64,000 nt of DNA from Octopus vulgaris (GCA_951406725.2 OX597829.1:46686001-46750000), one strand, 5' to 3'; shown: positions 39,046-52,730, counted from the first letter of the stretch. Notes: generated by a model not told the origin, from the sequence alone. A program made the numbers and translations.

Positions 39046-40990
39046 TACTATGAAGATATTTTAAATATTTTTGTTTTTTATGTGTGTATGGTAGTCTCAT
39101 TTTCATAAGTGCTCAGCAGCCCACGCTATGTAAGTGCAAATCTCAGCGCTTTATGGGTTAATTCTTTGAGTTATTGACTCTTTGTCGCTTTAAAAAATCT
39201 TTTCCTATTTTTCTGAAAAGCTTGTTCTTGCTAAGGGAGAGTCTTTTATATTTACGCCATAATAACTAACACACTCACCGATTCTATTTCCACTCAATTT
39301 ATATATATATTATATATATGGTGCCGGTGTAGTACGTGATTTACATACTTGTTTCTGGTATAGCTTGTCATCTACGTTAGTTCAAATGGTATAGTTTGTG
39401 ACCTACATTTAAAATTCATCTATTTACTCGACTTCCGGAAGGTTTGGTATATACCCCCCCCCCCCACCAAAAAAAAGTTATCATTTAAACACTTTCTGTC
39501 CTGAATCTATTGAAAGAAGTCGTGATGAGAGCAAAAGAATTTTACACACAGGTTATTCGAGATGAAGAAGCTACAATAGAATTTCTCTGACGCTATGAAC
39601 TCCTTGATGAATATGGAGATATTGATCCATCTCTAATTATAATTGCAAATTTATAACACAATTTTGAATGTAGATCACAAGCTAGTTTCGATTTAAGTTG
39701 CAGTAGATCGCAATGGCATGTAGATTGCATACAACACCGAACCTATTTGTTCTCTTCCAGAATTTCCGTTGCTTCTTGAAACCTTCTCAATAGTTGTTGA
39801 CTCTGTCCACTATCGAAGCTGCGTTCATCACATTTGTTCGTGCGAACGTGTGTGCGTCAGCGTGCATGTGTATACAAATATGTATGAGTATGTGTATGCA
39901 TATATGTACGAACGCATGTGTGTACGTATGTATGCATTTTGCATATTCAAGCTTTTGTGCGTGCGTGTTTGTGTGTTTATATGTATAAGCGCATGTGCGT
40001 GAGTGTGTGTGTGTGTGTGTCTTTGTGTGTGTGCCTCTGTCTCCTTGTGACTGCGTGTTTGAGTGCGTCCATATGTATGTGGCTATGTACGTGCGTCTGT
40101 TATGTATGGATATTAGTCTCCATATGTGCCTTTGTATGTATGCGTATGTGTGTGGAGAGTGTGTGTGTATGGTCATGTTTTTTGCTTGCTTTGAGACCTA
40201 TACTGAACATACCAATGTGTTCTTAACGCACCACTTATCTGCTCCGTAACAGAAGATGATTTAACAGTTGACCTCCTATCGTAAGCTTTACAAGTATGCT
40301 CAGACGTTTGAAGCTGCAAATGTTTATCAGATTATGAGTAATGATTTAGACACACAGATAAATGGTCGAAGGAGACTGGCATGAAATATTCTGTAGAGCT
40401 TCTATAGAAAAGATTGCCTCTTAAGTACAGGGAAGACCTTGAGCACTTGACCACTATGCATTTTGTCCGGTGTGCTAACTATTCCGCCAGCTCGCCTCCT
40501 TAATCATAATAACCTTGATGATGATGATCATGATGATGATGATATCTAGGAATCAGTGGCGGCACTGCTGTGAAACCATTCACACAAAACTCATAAACTA
40601 TCAAGCTATTTTACTGGGAATTATTTTCAAATGACAGGAAGTGTATTGGATGGATGCACTCCATTTAACACGGCTTTATTATCATAAGCGCATTAACACT
40701 CAAGCGTTGCTGCTGCTGCTGCTAGTGATGTTACCAGTGATGGTGGCAGTGGTAGTGGTGGTAGTGGTGGTGGTCATCACCTTCATGAACAGTACCTTGC
40801 CGTTATCTCTTGCAAACTTACAGAAAATTCTTGGCAAATAGATTACGATTCCTATTTCATTTTTATTTTTCTAGGGTGGTTATGTTTTCATATATGCCTA
40901 TAAGTTACAATTACATACTGGAATATGCGACGATGGATATTAAGAACACGTACACTAACGCACGCACACCCACATACAGACACGCGCGCG

Positions 40991-41036
<46 letters not shown>

Positions 41037-41153
41037 TATATGCATTTTTGTTTTACTTTCCGATAACATAAGGTATAAGATTCAGAAATGGTGATTTCTT
41101 ATCGCCAGCTAAGAAACGGAGCGCTCTACAGCAGAAACTGCATGTAAGCAGCC

Positions 41154-41189
<36 letters not shown>

Positions 41190-41508
41190 AATTATAGAGT
41201 GGCATGGATTGTAGATTGTTCTTTTCATAGCTATTCTTGCTGCAATAGTGACAGCATGAAATTCTTCCATCCTCTTGCTCCGTTAAAATATTTAAGAAAT
41301 ATTAATATCAATATATCTTGTCTGTTGAAAATGCATATTTTGTACAGCTAAAGATAGCGCTGTATTTAAATTGATGTAATGATTACATTTTTCAATTACT
41401 ACTTGACATCCTGTTACGTATCTTGATTTTATTCACCTTACTTCGAGCTGTGCGGATAATACCCGATTGACTTGATGCTTCAACTGAATCTTTATTATAT
41501 ATACATAC

Positions 41509-41569
<61 letters not shown>

Positions 41570-41955
41570 AAATCCAAGTTGTGTCCTTTCCAAGCATATC
41601 TGTTTATTCCAATAATCCATAGTCGTATATAGATGTTTTTATCTGTATGTGGTATGCTCTACAGTTGAAAATACTGGGAAATATATTTGGCAGAGTAATT
41701 ACATATTAAATCATGGAACTGGAAAAAAATGCTGGCAATATTTATTCACCATTGCATATGTTTCATTTGCTGATAGGAGTTACAGAATCGTACATCTAAG
41801 AGAAGCATGTATGGCATATCTTAGAAATCCTTCAGACAGAGAATCAAATAATACTTGTTTGATCCTTTGTTTGAAAAAGTTCTAATAGGGGAATATGTGA
41901 ATGAATAATACCGAAATGTTTTTTCTAGTTTGATACACACGCACGCCACACTCAC

Positions 41956-41986
<31 letters not shown>

Positions 41987-42016
41987 AACACACGCAAACA
42001 CATACACAGACACACA

Positions 42017-42143
<127 letters not shown>

Positions 42144-42167
42144 ATATATATTATATATATATATATC

Positions 42168-42260
<93 letters not shown>

Positions 42261-42347
42261 GAACCGTTGTTAGCATCTACTTTGCATCTGGCATATACAT
42301 AGAATGCTCAATAAAAACAATAACCGATCGATAAAAATTTATCAATA

Positions 42348-42926
42348 TACGAGTGTGTGATAAAAAGTTCCTGGCTTTAAGGGTATCGTGAAAGGCCTGA
42401 ATTGAGGCCGGACCTTCCGAGTCCTTTTCCAGGGCTTAGAAAAACTGAAGAAACGCTGCAGAAAGTGTGTGAATATGAGAGTTGAATATGGTGCCTAAAA
42501 TCATAACTAACTGATTCTTATTTACATTATTTACATTTGACGGATATTTGTCCTCATCTTGTTTGTTGTTAACATATTTCGGTTGATATACCCTCCAGCC
42601 TTCTTCAGGTGTCCTGGGAAATTTCGAACCTGGGTTCTCATTCCTGAGGTACTTTTCCATTATTATAAATATGTTATTATAATGTACCTTAGGAATGAGT
42701 CCTCAGCTTCAAAATTTCCCCAGGACACCTGAAAACGTCTGGAGTGTATATCACCCGAAAAGTTGTGTTAACAACAAACATGACGAGGACGAATATCCGT
42801 GAAATGTAAATAATGTAAATAATGTATATCATACTTCATCTCTCAAACATAGAACTCTATTTTATTAACTGATCCTACTGTATTTTCTTCTAACTAAAGC
42901 CTGGAACATTTCAGCACGCCCGCGTA
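42348..42926 (+). mobile_element. Mariner-derived MITE carrying a nested inverted-repeat insertion
   Basis: Termini ACGAG...AAAAGTTCCTGGCTTT and AAAGCCTGGAACATTTCAGCAC..CGTA; an uninterrupted copy lies at 59254-59474. Confidence 0.75.
42518..42865. mobile_element. Penelope-like inverted pseudo-LTR pair with two hammerhead-like motifs
   Basis: ~135-bp inverted arms (42518-42652 and 42684-42822), each with GACAC-CTGA(A)NA-...-GAAA; TAACTGAT is duplicated on the flanks. Confidence 0.7.
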
Positions 42927-43256
42927 GCAAGTACACTTTGTCCCATATCAAAATTAAAAAAACTCATCCTAATAATATAGCAAATACCAAAATGGAATAC
43001 GACTCTACTTCAAAAGCAACTTAATTTGCGAAGTATGCGATGAATAAAGAAGTGAAGGAATGGAATGGATAAAACAGTTACACGTTATGTATGTTTTCAA
43101 AATGGAAAAACATCATAATAAGAGTTATTAAAACAACTTCGTAATGATGGAAGCTATCCCTTCACCCAAATACTGACTTGCCAGGAGTCAAACCGTCTGT
43201 TGCGATGATTATCCAAAGATTACAAGATAGAAAGGAAACGCAGAATTAGTTCACCA

Positions 43257-43423
43257 TAGGCGCAGGAGTGGCTGTGTGGTAAGTAGCTTGCTAACCAACC
43301 ACATGGATCCGGGTTCAGTCCCACTGCGTAACATCTTGGGCAAGTGTCTTCTGCTATAGCCCCGGGCCGACCAATGTCTTGTGAATGGATTTGGTAGACG
43401 GAAACTGAAAGAAGCCTGTCGTA

Positions 43424-43494
<71 letters not shown>

Positions 43495-43710
43495 TTGTGT
43501 GTCTGTGTTTGTCCCCCTAGCATTGCTTGACAACCGATACTGGTGTGTTTACGTTCCCGTCACTTAGCGGTTCGGCAAAAAGAGACCGATAGAATAAGTA
43601 CTAGGCTTACAAAGAATAAGTCCCGGGGTCGACTTGTTCGACTAAAGGCGGTGCTCCAGCATGGCCGCAGTCAAAATGACTGAAACAAGTAAAAGAGAGT
43701 AAAAGAGAGT
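43257..43710 (+). mobile_element. SINE family B, full length
   Basis: Matches 36458-36933. Confidence 0.92.
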
Positions 43711-44769
43711 ATAGTGGTAACTGTGCGACTTCTTCATAGATTACTCGACAAACACAAATGGGTGTGGTCGGTCTTAAGGATACCAATTCTTTTAGTAAGT
43801 CATTTAATTTATGGTATGGGGTAGATACCAAATAATTATTGTTTTCAAACCTCTAAGCGGCTGAACAAACACGCACACACATACCAACGCAAATGCATAG
43901 ACACGTATATTAGTATGTATAGATATAAAGATATATATCTATATAACTGTATATGTATGCATATATACCTCTGTATATGCATATGTACGTATAGATATCT
44001 CTGTATATATATGTGGCTGTGCGGTAAGAAGCTTGCTTCCCATCCACATGGTTCCGGGTGGTACCTTCGATTTGCACACGCGAGCGTGTGTGTGTATTTG
44101 AAAGTTGAAGGTGTATCCGGAGCCAAAACGTAGAAATTAATCGAAACATCTCAACACAGTATGGAAACGCCATTTTGCTCCCACACACTGCTTACAAACG
44201 AAATGAAAAATTCAAAATGGTCTACAAATTGTCACGCGTGAAGAAATAGATCATTGAACGTTGCTCTTCTTTTAAAAGAAATAGAAGGCAGAGAATCTTT
44301 CTCTCTGGAACAAGAGAAAGCCATGGTTAACGTGGAAATAATGATTCCTAATTGACATTTGAATTGGAAACCAACACCATAATCACTAGAGAGAGACCAC
44401 ATCTAGTGATTTGCGCGCAATAAATTTTTCTACGAATAGAAAAATAAAAATACAAACAAACATTTGTAGGTGCATTGCAGGATAATTGATGATCAGCTTC
44501 GTATTTTGATCTGAGACCGGATCAATCATTAGACCTAAAATTCTGGCAGTGGAGAATGTTGCAACACTTTTGAGGGACAAGGGAATAAACTCTTTCTAAC
44601 GAGTACTCGCACACACACACGCGTGCGCCAAAATACATTCTATATATAAATATATACTTCATACATATATAAATATATATGCCATACATTTGTATTTGGG
44701 AGCGTGTGATGCGTGTATGTTTTTTGTGTATATATGTTTCTATCTAGTCTTCTCATTCCTCTCATTCCT

Positions 44770-45052
44770 CTTCATCTTCCTCTGCTTCTGCTTCTTCTTC
44801 TTCTTCTTCTTCTTCTTCTTCTTCTTCTTCTTCTTCTTCTTCTCTTCTTCTTCTTTTCTTCTTCTTCTTCCTCTTCTCCTTCCTCTTCTTCTTCCTCTTC
44901 TTCTTCTTCCTCTTCTTCTTCATCTTCTTTTTCTTCTTCTTCTTCTGCTACATCTTCTTCTTCTTTTTCCTTTTCTTTTTCTTCATCTTCTTTTTCTTCT
45001 TCTTCTTCTTCTTCTTCTTCTTCTTCTTCTTCTTCTTCTTCTTCTTTTTTAT

Positions 45053-45105
<53 letters not shown>
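44770..45105. repeat. (CTT)n followed by (ATT)n
   Basis: Direct sequence. Confidence 0.95.
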
Positions 45106-45107
45106 GC

Positions 45108-45322
45108 AACGAGCTGGTAAAAACAATGAACACACCGGCCAAAGGCTTTGCGGTATTTCGTCCGTCTTTACGTCTTGGGTACATATTCTGCTGAGGCCGA
45201 ACTTTGCTTTTCATTCTTTCGGGATCTACAAATTAAGTACCAGTTGAATACTGGGGTCGAAGTAATCGACTTACCCTCTTCTCCGAAATTGCATCTCTTG
45301 TCCCAAATTTTGAAACCATTAT
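45108..45322 (+). mobile_element. Old SINE family A copy
   Basis: CGGTATTTCGTCCGTC...AAGTACCAGTTGAATACTGGGGTCG. Confidence 0.7.
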
Positions 45323-45380
45323 TATTTCTGTTAAGGAAAATAACTATATTGATGCTGCTGCCTTTATCATAGCCACGGCC

Positions 45381-45381
45381 C

Positions 45382-45434
<53 letters not shown>

Positions 45435-45833
45435 CTAGTACTAGTACTAGTAGTAGTAGTAGTAGTAGTAGTGAGGTGTGTTGGTGGTGGTGGGGATGGT
45501 AGTTGTAGTAGTAGTAGCAGCAACAGTAATAGTAATGGACGTGGGGTGGGTGGTAGTTGTAGTATAGTAATAGTGGTGGTAGTGGTAGTAGTAGTAGCAG
45601 CAGCAGCAGCGGCGTCACTAGTAGTAATAGTAGTAGTAGCAGCAGCAGCAGCAGTTGTGGTGGTGGTGAGGTGGTTGTATAGGTAGTAGTAGTTTTAGTA
45701 GCAGCTGCAGTTGTGGTGGTGGAGGTTTTTGTATTAGTAGTAGCAGTTGTGATGGTGGTGGTGGTGGTGATAGCAGTAGTAGTGGTGATGGTGGTTAGAG
45801 TAGTAGTAGAAGTAATCACAGTGGTGGTGGTTT

Positions 45834-45891
<58 letters not shown>

Positions 45892-45925
45892 TTTAGTAGT
45901 AGTAGTAGGAGGAGGAGGAGGAGGG
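45381..45925. repeat. (TAG)n/(TGG)n/(CAG)n low-complexity block
   Basis: Direct sequence; explains the poly-T/V/L ORFs. Confidence 0.93.
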
Positions 45926-46026
45926 GGCTGCAGCAGCAATGTGGTTGCATGAATTTCTTTTAAAATAACAAAATGCTCCTAAAATACAAGACTTAGTGAA
46001 TTAATTAATATACGCATGTGCCCCCC

Positions 46027-46066
<40 letters not shown>

Positions 46067-46198
46067 CTCTCTCTCCGTATCTGTCTCTCTGTCTCTCACT
46101 GTGCCAGTGCGTATGTGTTTGTGAATGTATTGGTGTATTTGAATGTATGTGAGTGTGCCTAAGCGTGTATTTGTGCGTGTTTACCTGTGTGTGTGTGA

Positions 46199-46231
<33 letters not shown>

Positions 46232-46260
46232 AGTGAGTGAGTGTGTGTTTGTGAGTGTGT

Positions 46261-46319
46261 GTGCGTGTGTGCTGTACATTGTACGTGGAGTTGTGTATAT
46301 CATATTTGTGCGTGTGTAC

Positions 46320-46350
<31 letters not shown>

Positions 46351-46621
46351 AGTGTGAGTGAGTGAGTGTATGTGTGTGTGTGTGTGTGAGTGAGTGAGTG
46401 TGTGTTTGTGTGTGTGTGTGTGTGTGTGCTGTACATTGTACGTGGAGTTGTGTATATCATATTTGTGCATGTGTACCTCTGTGTGTGTGTGTGTGTGTGA
46501 GTGTGAGTGAGTGAGTGTATGTGTGTGTGTGTGTGTGAGTGAGTGAGTGAGTGTGTGTTTGTGTGTGTGTGTGCTGTACATTGTACGTGGAGTTGTGTAT
46601 ATCATATTTGTGCATGTGTAC

Positions 46622-46658
<37 letters not shown>

Positions 46659-46703
46659 TGTGAGTGAGTGAGTGTATGTGTGTGTGTGTGTGAGTGAGTG
46701 AGT

Positions 46704-46742
<39 letters not shown>

Positions 46743-46786
46743 ACATTGTACGTGGAGTTGTGTATATCATATTTGTGCGTGTGTAC

Positions 46787-46817
<31 letters not shown>

Positions 46818-47065
46818 AGTGTGAGTGAGTGAGTGTATGTGTGTGTGTGTGTGTGAGTGAGTGAGTGTGTGTTTGTGTGTGTGTGTGTGTGTGCTGTACA
46901 TTGTACGTGGAGTTGTGTATATCATATTTGTGCGTGTGTACCTGTGTGTGTGCGTGTACCTGTGTGAGTGTGTGTGTGTGTGTGTGTGTTCGTGTGTACC
47001 TGTGGTTGTCTTGTGTGTGTGCGAGTATGCTATACATTGTACGCGGTGTTGTGTATATATCATAA
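46261..47065. repeat. Minisatellite of ~6 units (~140-165 bp): unique core plus variable (GT)n/(GAGT)n
   Basis: Core GCTGTACATTGTACGTGGAGTTGTGTATATCATATTTGTG recurs at ~46271, 46428, 46573, 46738 and 46893, with a degenerate copy at ~47029. Confidence 0.9.
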
Positions 47066-47404
47066 ACGCGACTTCAAAATCACGAGGCTCTACTTTGATC
47101 TAACTTAAAGTATTATTATCAGATGCGCGTATCACTATTAAAATATCCGATCTTCATCTGAGCTTCGTTTTAATTACGGCACCTCCTAACTTTTTCTTTT
47201 TTCTTTTTATATTGTGCTTGTTGTAATAATTACTGTTGGTAATATATTAACTAGCTGTTTTACTGCCGACGATGTTGTTGTGTTTTCACTGAATATGCAG
47301 CACTGCAGTCTTGTTTCAGCGAATCACATGAATCTTTAACATATTTGAATATAAATTAAGATGAAAAAAAAAACAAAAAAGAAATTAAAAAACTTTAATC
47401 TTTT

Positions 47405-47600
47405 ATGTTTTACTAGCTTCAGTCATAAGACTTGCGGCTATGCCGGGGCACAGCCATCAAGAAGTTTTTAGTCGACTCAATCGACCCCCACTTACTTTTT
47501 TTGTTTTTTCTTTTAAAGCCTGGTACTTATTCCATCGGCATCTTAGCCCGAACCGCTGAGTTTTCGGGGACGTAAATATACTAATATCGGTTGTTAAACT
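47405..47600 (-). mobile_element. Old SINE family B 3' half
   Basis: TTTTAGTCGACTCAATCGACCCC...GGTACTTATTC...GAACCGCTGAG. Confidence 0.65.
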
Positions 47601-47685
47601 AACAGAAGCACAAAGACACCCATATAATATATATATATACATGTGTGTGTGTGTATATATATATGTGTGTGTGTGTGTGTGTATG

Positions 47686-47757
<72 letters not shown>

Positions 47758-47786
47758 CTTGCCCAATTTGCTTGTCCTTACATTTA

Positions 47787-47827
<41 letters not shown>

Positions 47828-48147
47828 ATCCATCCCCTAATGTTATAACCATGCCAGCATGAATGTCCTTGGTAGGGCTAACCTCTTTTTCTGCAGATAT
47901 TTGATAACACTGCTCTGCTACATTTTATCCCTTTTCAAGTTTTCAAGAAAAGTCTCTGGTACCACTTCTCCAAGTCCTCAATTCTTTATCCAACGTGAGT
48001 TTATCAGGAGAGGAAAAATGCAGTCAGCATCAGGAAAGGTTGAATTCATTACATGCCAAGTTTAATTTAATGTATGATAATTATACTTAGTCAGCCTATG
48101 AACTTTTCAGCCCAATCCCGTATAACTTGATACATAGACAAGTAGTA

Positions 48148-48183
<36 letters not shown>

Positions 48184-48221
48184 GTTTGTGGATATACATA
48201 TATATATGTATATATATATAT

Positions 48222-48524
48222 CACGTGATAACGTTACCGACCAGTCCTTCAGATGTAGTTACACATCGCTGGTCACAATGCGTTCGCATTATTTCAGCCT
48301 TTGAATGACGCAACCCCGCTGGCTAAGCGAGCAGGTCGACACAAGAAAGAGTAGGAGAAAGAGTGGTGAAAGAGTACACCAGGGATCACCACCCCCTGCC
48401 GTTGCCTCGTGGAGCTTTTAGGTGTTTTCGCTCAATAAACACTCACAACGCTCGGTCTGGGAATCGAAACCACGATCCTACGACCGCGAGTCCGCTGCCC
48501 TAACCACTGGGCCATTGCGCCTCC
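48222..48524 (-). mobile_element. SINE family C with an alternative 3' tail
   Basis: Head matches 38668; the tail (GTTACACATCGCTGGTCACAATG...) differs and recurs at ~50180-50290. Confidence 0.85.
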
Positions 48525-48558
48525 ACACACACACACATACACACATACATACATACAT

Positions 48559-48601
<43 letters not shown>

Positions 48602-48629
48602 CACATCAAAACAAAGAAAAGCGCGCAGT

Positions 48630-48677
<48 letters not shown>

Positions 48678-48962
48678 ATCCGAATAAGGAAACAAAGTAA
48701 GACTTGAACGCGTCATTAATGATCAATCATAATTGTTTCTGTACAATCTCTCCTTTCAATGACAGACTCACGCAAAAATCCAATGTGAAAATTAACGTTA
48801 ATTTTAGACTTTAGAGTGGCACTTCCTTACACGTGCTTCCAAGGTGCGTTTTACACTGTGCTGATAGTCCAGATAGTTAATCCAAACACGAAAACACAAC
48901 GACGCGAGGACGTGGAACATGTATAGTATTATTGGACGCCCAGGAAAGAAGGAAAGAAATAT

Positions 48963-49305
48963 ACTGGCGAAAATAAATTTAAAACCGATGATAAAAGTTC
49001 TATTTCTTACAAAATATTTTGTTACTAATACCATACATATTATCTCTATCTTTTACACCTTATGCAGAATTTATATCTCTTTTGAATGGTGTACACAATA
49101 AATATTTTTATACAACTTGAAGAATTCTAATGCTAAATTAATATAAACGCTTCAAATTTACCGGCAAAATTAGTTTAAGACTTTATCATTGTAATTTTAT
49201 TTAAAGCTTCAGATTGTAGCGAAAATGAGCAACAAGAACGAAATACATATTAGTACTTTAAGAAATAGAACTTTTATCATCGGTCTTAAATTTATTTTCG
49301 CCAGT
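48963..49305. mobile_element. AT-rich element with ~47-bp terminal inverted repeats (MITE or Penelope-derived)
   Basis: ACTGGCGAAAATAAATTTAA(A/G)ACCGATGATAAAAGTTCTATTTCTTA is present inverted at both ends with 1 mismatch. Confidence 0.75.
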
Positions 49306-49962
49306 GTGTGTGTGTATATATATAAATTTCACCAAATGATGACTTGTATGTGAATTTTCCTTTTACTTTCTATAATCCTCGGGAATACCAAGTCTATAAA
49401 AAATAATACTACAACAATATATTTGATTTCCATCACATAACATTTAACCAATTTACTAAGCTGTCGACTAATAATGAAATTTATTTTAGTTCTTATTTTA
49501 TTTCGTTTTACTTATTTCATTTCGCATTTCATAATATTAAACAGTTTTCAATAAACAAAGATAAAAGATAATTACTTCCCTTGTTCACAAAAACAAACAA
49601 CTACTCGAAGATAAGAGAAATTCATTTAAATTAATTAGTAGCTTATATTGCACGATGTTATGGTTTAATGTATATCCAAATTAATTTTTCTATCAATTCA
49701 ATATTTGCTGTTGAGGGATGTGGCTTAGTGGTTAAGGTGTTGGACTCATGATCGTAAGATTGTTGTTTCGATTCTCGGACCGGGTGATGCGTTGTGTTCT
49801 TGAGCAAAACACTTCATATCGCGTTGCTCAAGTCCACTCAGCTGGCAAAAAGGAGTAATCCTGCTAAAGACTGGCATCCCGCCCGGAAACCGGAAACTGG
49901 CACGATGAGTTTGTATAAAGCGGGAAGAAACTTTAATTTCAATGTTACATACTTATATAAAT

Positions 49963-50000
<38 letters not shown>

Positions 50001-50897
50001 GTATAGCAAAACAATTTAGATTCAAATGAATATGGTACTTAACTTATATGCACCAGAATTTTTTATGGTATAACCCATGAAATTATGTGGGGTGATTATA
50101 ACCAAAAAATAAGCAACAAGAATGGATCATTCTTGTTGCTTATTTTTGGGTTTGCATATATATATATATATATATATATACCAGGTAATCATGTGAACGA
50201 CTAGGTTATTGGATGTTGTTACACATCGCTAATCACGATGTATTTTTGTATTGTTTTTGCCTTCATATGACGCCACGCAGCAGGCCAACATTGCGCCCTG
50301 ATCTAAAGGGGGAACGGAGCAAAGTGAAATGAGGTGTTTTGCTCGAGTACACTATGCGCCGCGCCACCCAATCTATCAAACCCACAAATCTAGCGATCGT
50401 GTATGCACCACCCTATCCACCAGCCCATGCACCTGATATCCATCCATCCATCCATCGTACTCATACATACACACATATCCGCACATAAATTGTAAGTGTT
50501 GTTATGTTTTATTATATGTCTTGCAACGATTATCAAATAATTTGTTGTAAATTATATTTAGAATTCCCACATATATGTTTCATGTAATATTAATAAGAAA
50601 TTTATATTTTTTATTGTTTAATATTTTAAACATTTATATTTACCTTCGAACTATTTAAAATATTTACTGAATGGAAACTCTAAAACACAATTCTCACTAT
50701 TTGTTTCAATGTGATCTCGTAAATTTTTTAATAGAATTTCTTCCTGTTTTCGAGTATGTAATATTAAACGATTTTAGTGTTAACTAATTACCGCCTGATA
50801 TTTAAAACAATAAATCAATTAATTTTAGTGCAATAAAAATTATTTGGGGATTTTACACTTCGAAAACATTATTTTGTCTGTGAAACATATTAGTCGG

Positions 50898-51262
50898 TGT
50901 GGAGGCGCAATGGCCCAGTGGTTAGAGTAGCGGACTCGCGGTTTCGATTCCCAGACCGGGCGTTGTGAGTGTTTATTGAGCGAAAACACCTAAAGCTCCA
51001 CGAGGCTCCGGCAGGGATGGTGGTGATCCCTTTCACCACAACTTTCTCTCACTCTTACTTCCTGTTTCTGTTGTACCTGTATTTCAAAGGGCCGGCCTTG
51101 TCACTCTCTTGTCAGTCACGCTGAATATCCCCGAGAACTACGTTAAGGGTACATGTGTCTGTGGAGTGCTCAGTCACTTACACGTTAATTTCACGGTGTT
51201 CCGTTGATCGGATCAACCGGAACCCTCGTCGTCGTAACCGACGGAGTGCTTCCATTCCATTC
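50898..51262 (+). mobile_element. SINE family C with (CCATT)n tail and 14-bp TSD
   Basis: TSD CATATTAGTCGGTG at 50886-50899 and 51263-51276; the duplicated site overlaps the start of an older SINE A (51268-51470). Confidence 0.92.
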
Positions 51263-51504
51263 CATATTAGTCGGTGAGGTGGCAGAATCGTCAGGACTCC
51301 GTGCAAAATACTTAGCGGCATTCCGTCCATCCTCGCATTCTGAGTTCAAAAGGTAAGATCGACTTTACCTTTCGGGGAACGATAGAATAAGTATCAGTTG
51401 AACACTAGCTCGACGTAGTCGACTTACACCACCCCTCCCTGGAAATTGCTAGCATTGTGCCAATGGGTGAAATTTATATCTGCTATTTTTGTATACTAAC
51501 AATA

Positions 51505-51740
51505 CACTACGTTGAGAAGTTACAGTTCCAGGAAAGAATCGCAAGAGGGATTCTTCAAGTCGAGCCCTGTGATTAGGAGACCTAGGTGGAGACCAAGAAC
51601 GGGGTGATTGAATAATAATCATAGTCTCAATTGAAACCGGCCAGAAGGTCAAATGACATTGATAGGACCCTGAGGAGGAGTGCCAGAATACTTTACACAC
51701 ACGGACCTCCCAGGGATAGTGGGGAGAAGATGGCCGAGAC
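51505..51740 (+). mobile_element. Decayed RTE-clade 3' end
   Basis: QERIARGILQ...RRPRWRPRTG*LNN resembles the RTE C-terminal motif RPRGRPRTRW.D. Confidence 0.45.
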
Positions 51741-52049
51741 TCAACAATGTACGTGCAGCCAAGACACCACAAGATGGCGTTTTTGATGTATATTCTGTTA
51801 TTCGTTTCAGCCGTGCGGCTGCGGTCATGCTGGAGCATATATATTTTTTCAAAACGTACCGAGCATTAAATCGGAAATATTCCAACACCTACACAACAAA
51901 ACCTTTTTTAATACAATTTATTTATGAAACAATTGTCTTAATCTCATTTGCAGCTTGTTTCATACTAAATAAAAACAAAAGGAACGTTGTTATTTGTCTG
52001 AAATAATTATTTGTTTATCTCGCTTTTATGTTATCTGTTTTTATATGTG

Positions 52050-52494
52050 AAGCGATGGTGGGGGACAAACACAAACACACACGTATACACACACACGCAC
52101 GTGCATTTATATATACGACGTGCTTCTTTCAGTTTCCGTCTAATAAATCTATTCACAAGGTTTCGGTTGACCCGAAGCTATAATACAAGACATTTGCTCA
52201 AGCTGCCACGCGCAGCAAACTTTTTACCTCACAGCCACGCATGCGCTTATGGCCAAGCTTTATTTAATACTCCTTTGAATTCCTAAAGACTGTTGCAATA
52301 GATATTCTTTTACTCTTTTACTTGTTTCAGTCATTTGACTGCGGCCATGCTGGAGCACCGCCTTTTGACGGGACTTATTCTTTGTAAGCCTAGTACTTAT
52401 TCTATCGGTCTCTTTTACCGAACCGCTAAGTGACGGGGACGTAAACACACCAGCATCGGTTGTCAAGCAATGCTAGGGAGACAAACACAGACAC

Positions 52495-52557
<63 letters not shown>

Positions 52558-52730
52558 TATATATACGACATGCTTCTTTCAGTTTCCGTCTACCAAATCC
52601 ACTCACAAGACATTGGTCGGCCCGAGGCTGTAGTAGAAGACACTTGCCCAAGGTGCCACGCAGTGGGACTGAACCCGGAACCATGTGGTTGGTTAGCAAG
52701 CTACTTACCACACAGCCACTCCTGCGCCTA
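52050..52730 (-). mobile_element. Two SINE family B copies (older partial 52050-52250, younger 52305-52730)
   Basis: Family B head, core and tail motifs. Confidence 0.88.

Noticed and set aside
48755-48790. Possible minus-strand hammerhead
   Set aside because: GAAAC and a short stem are present but there is no recognisable CUGANGA.
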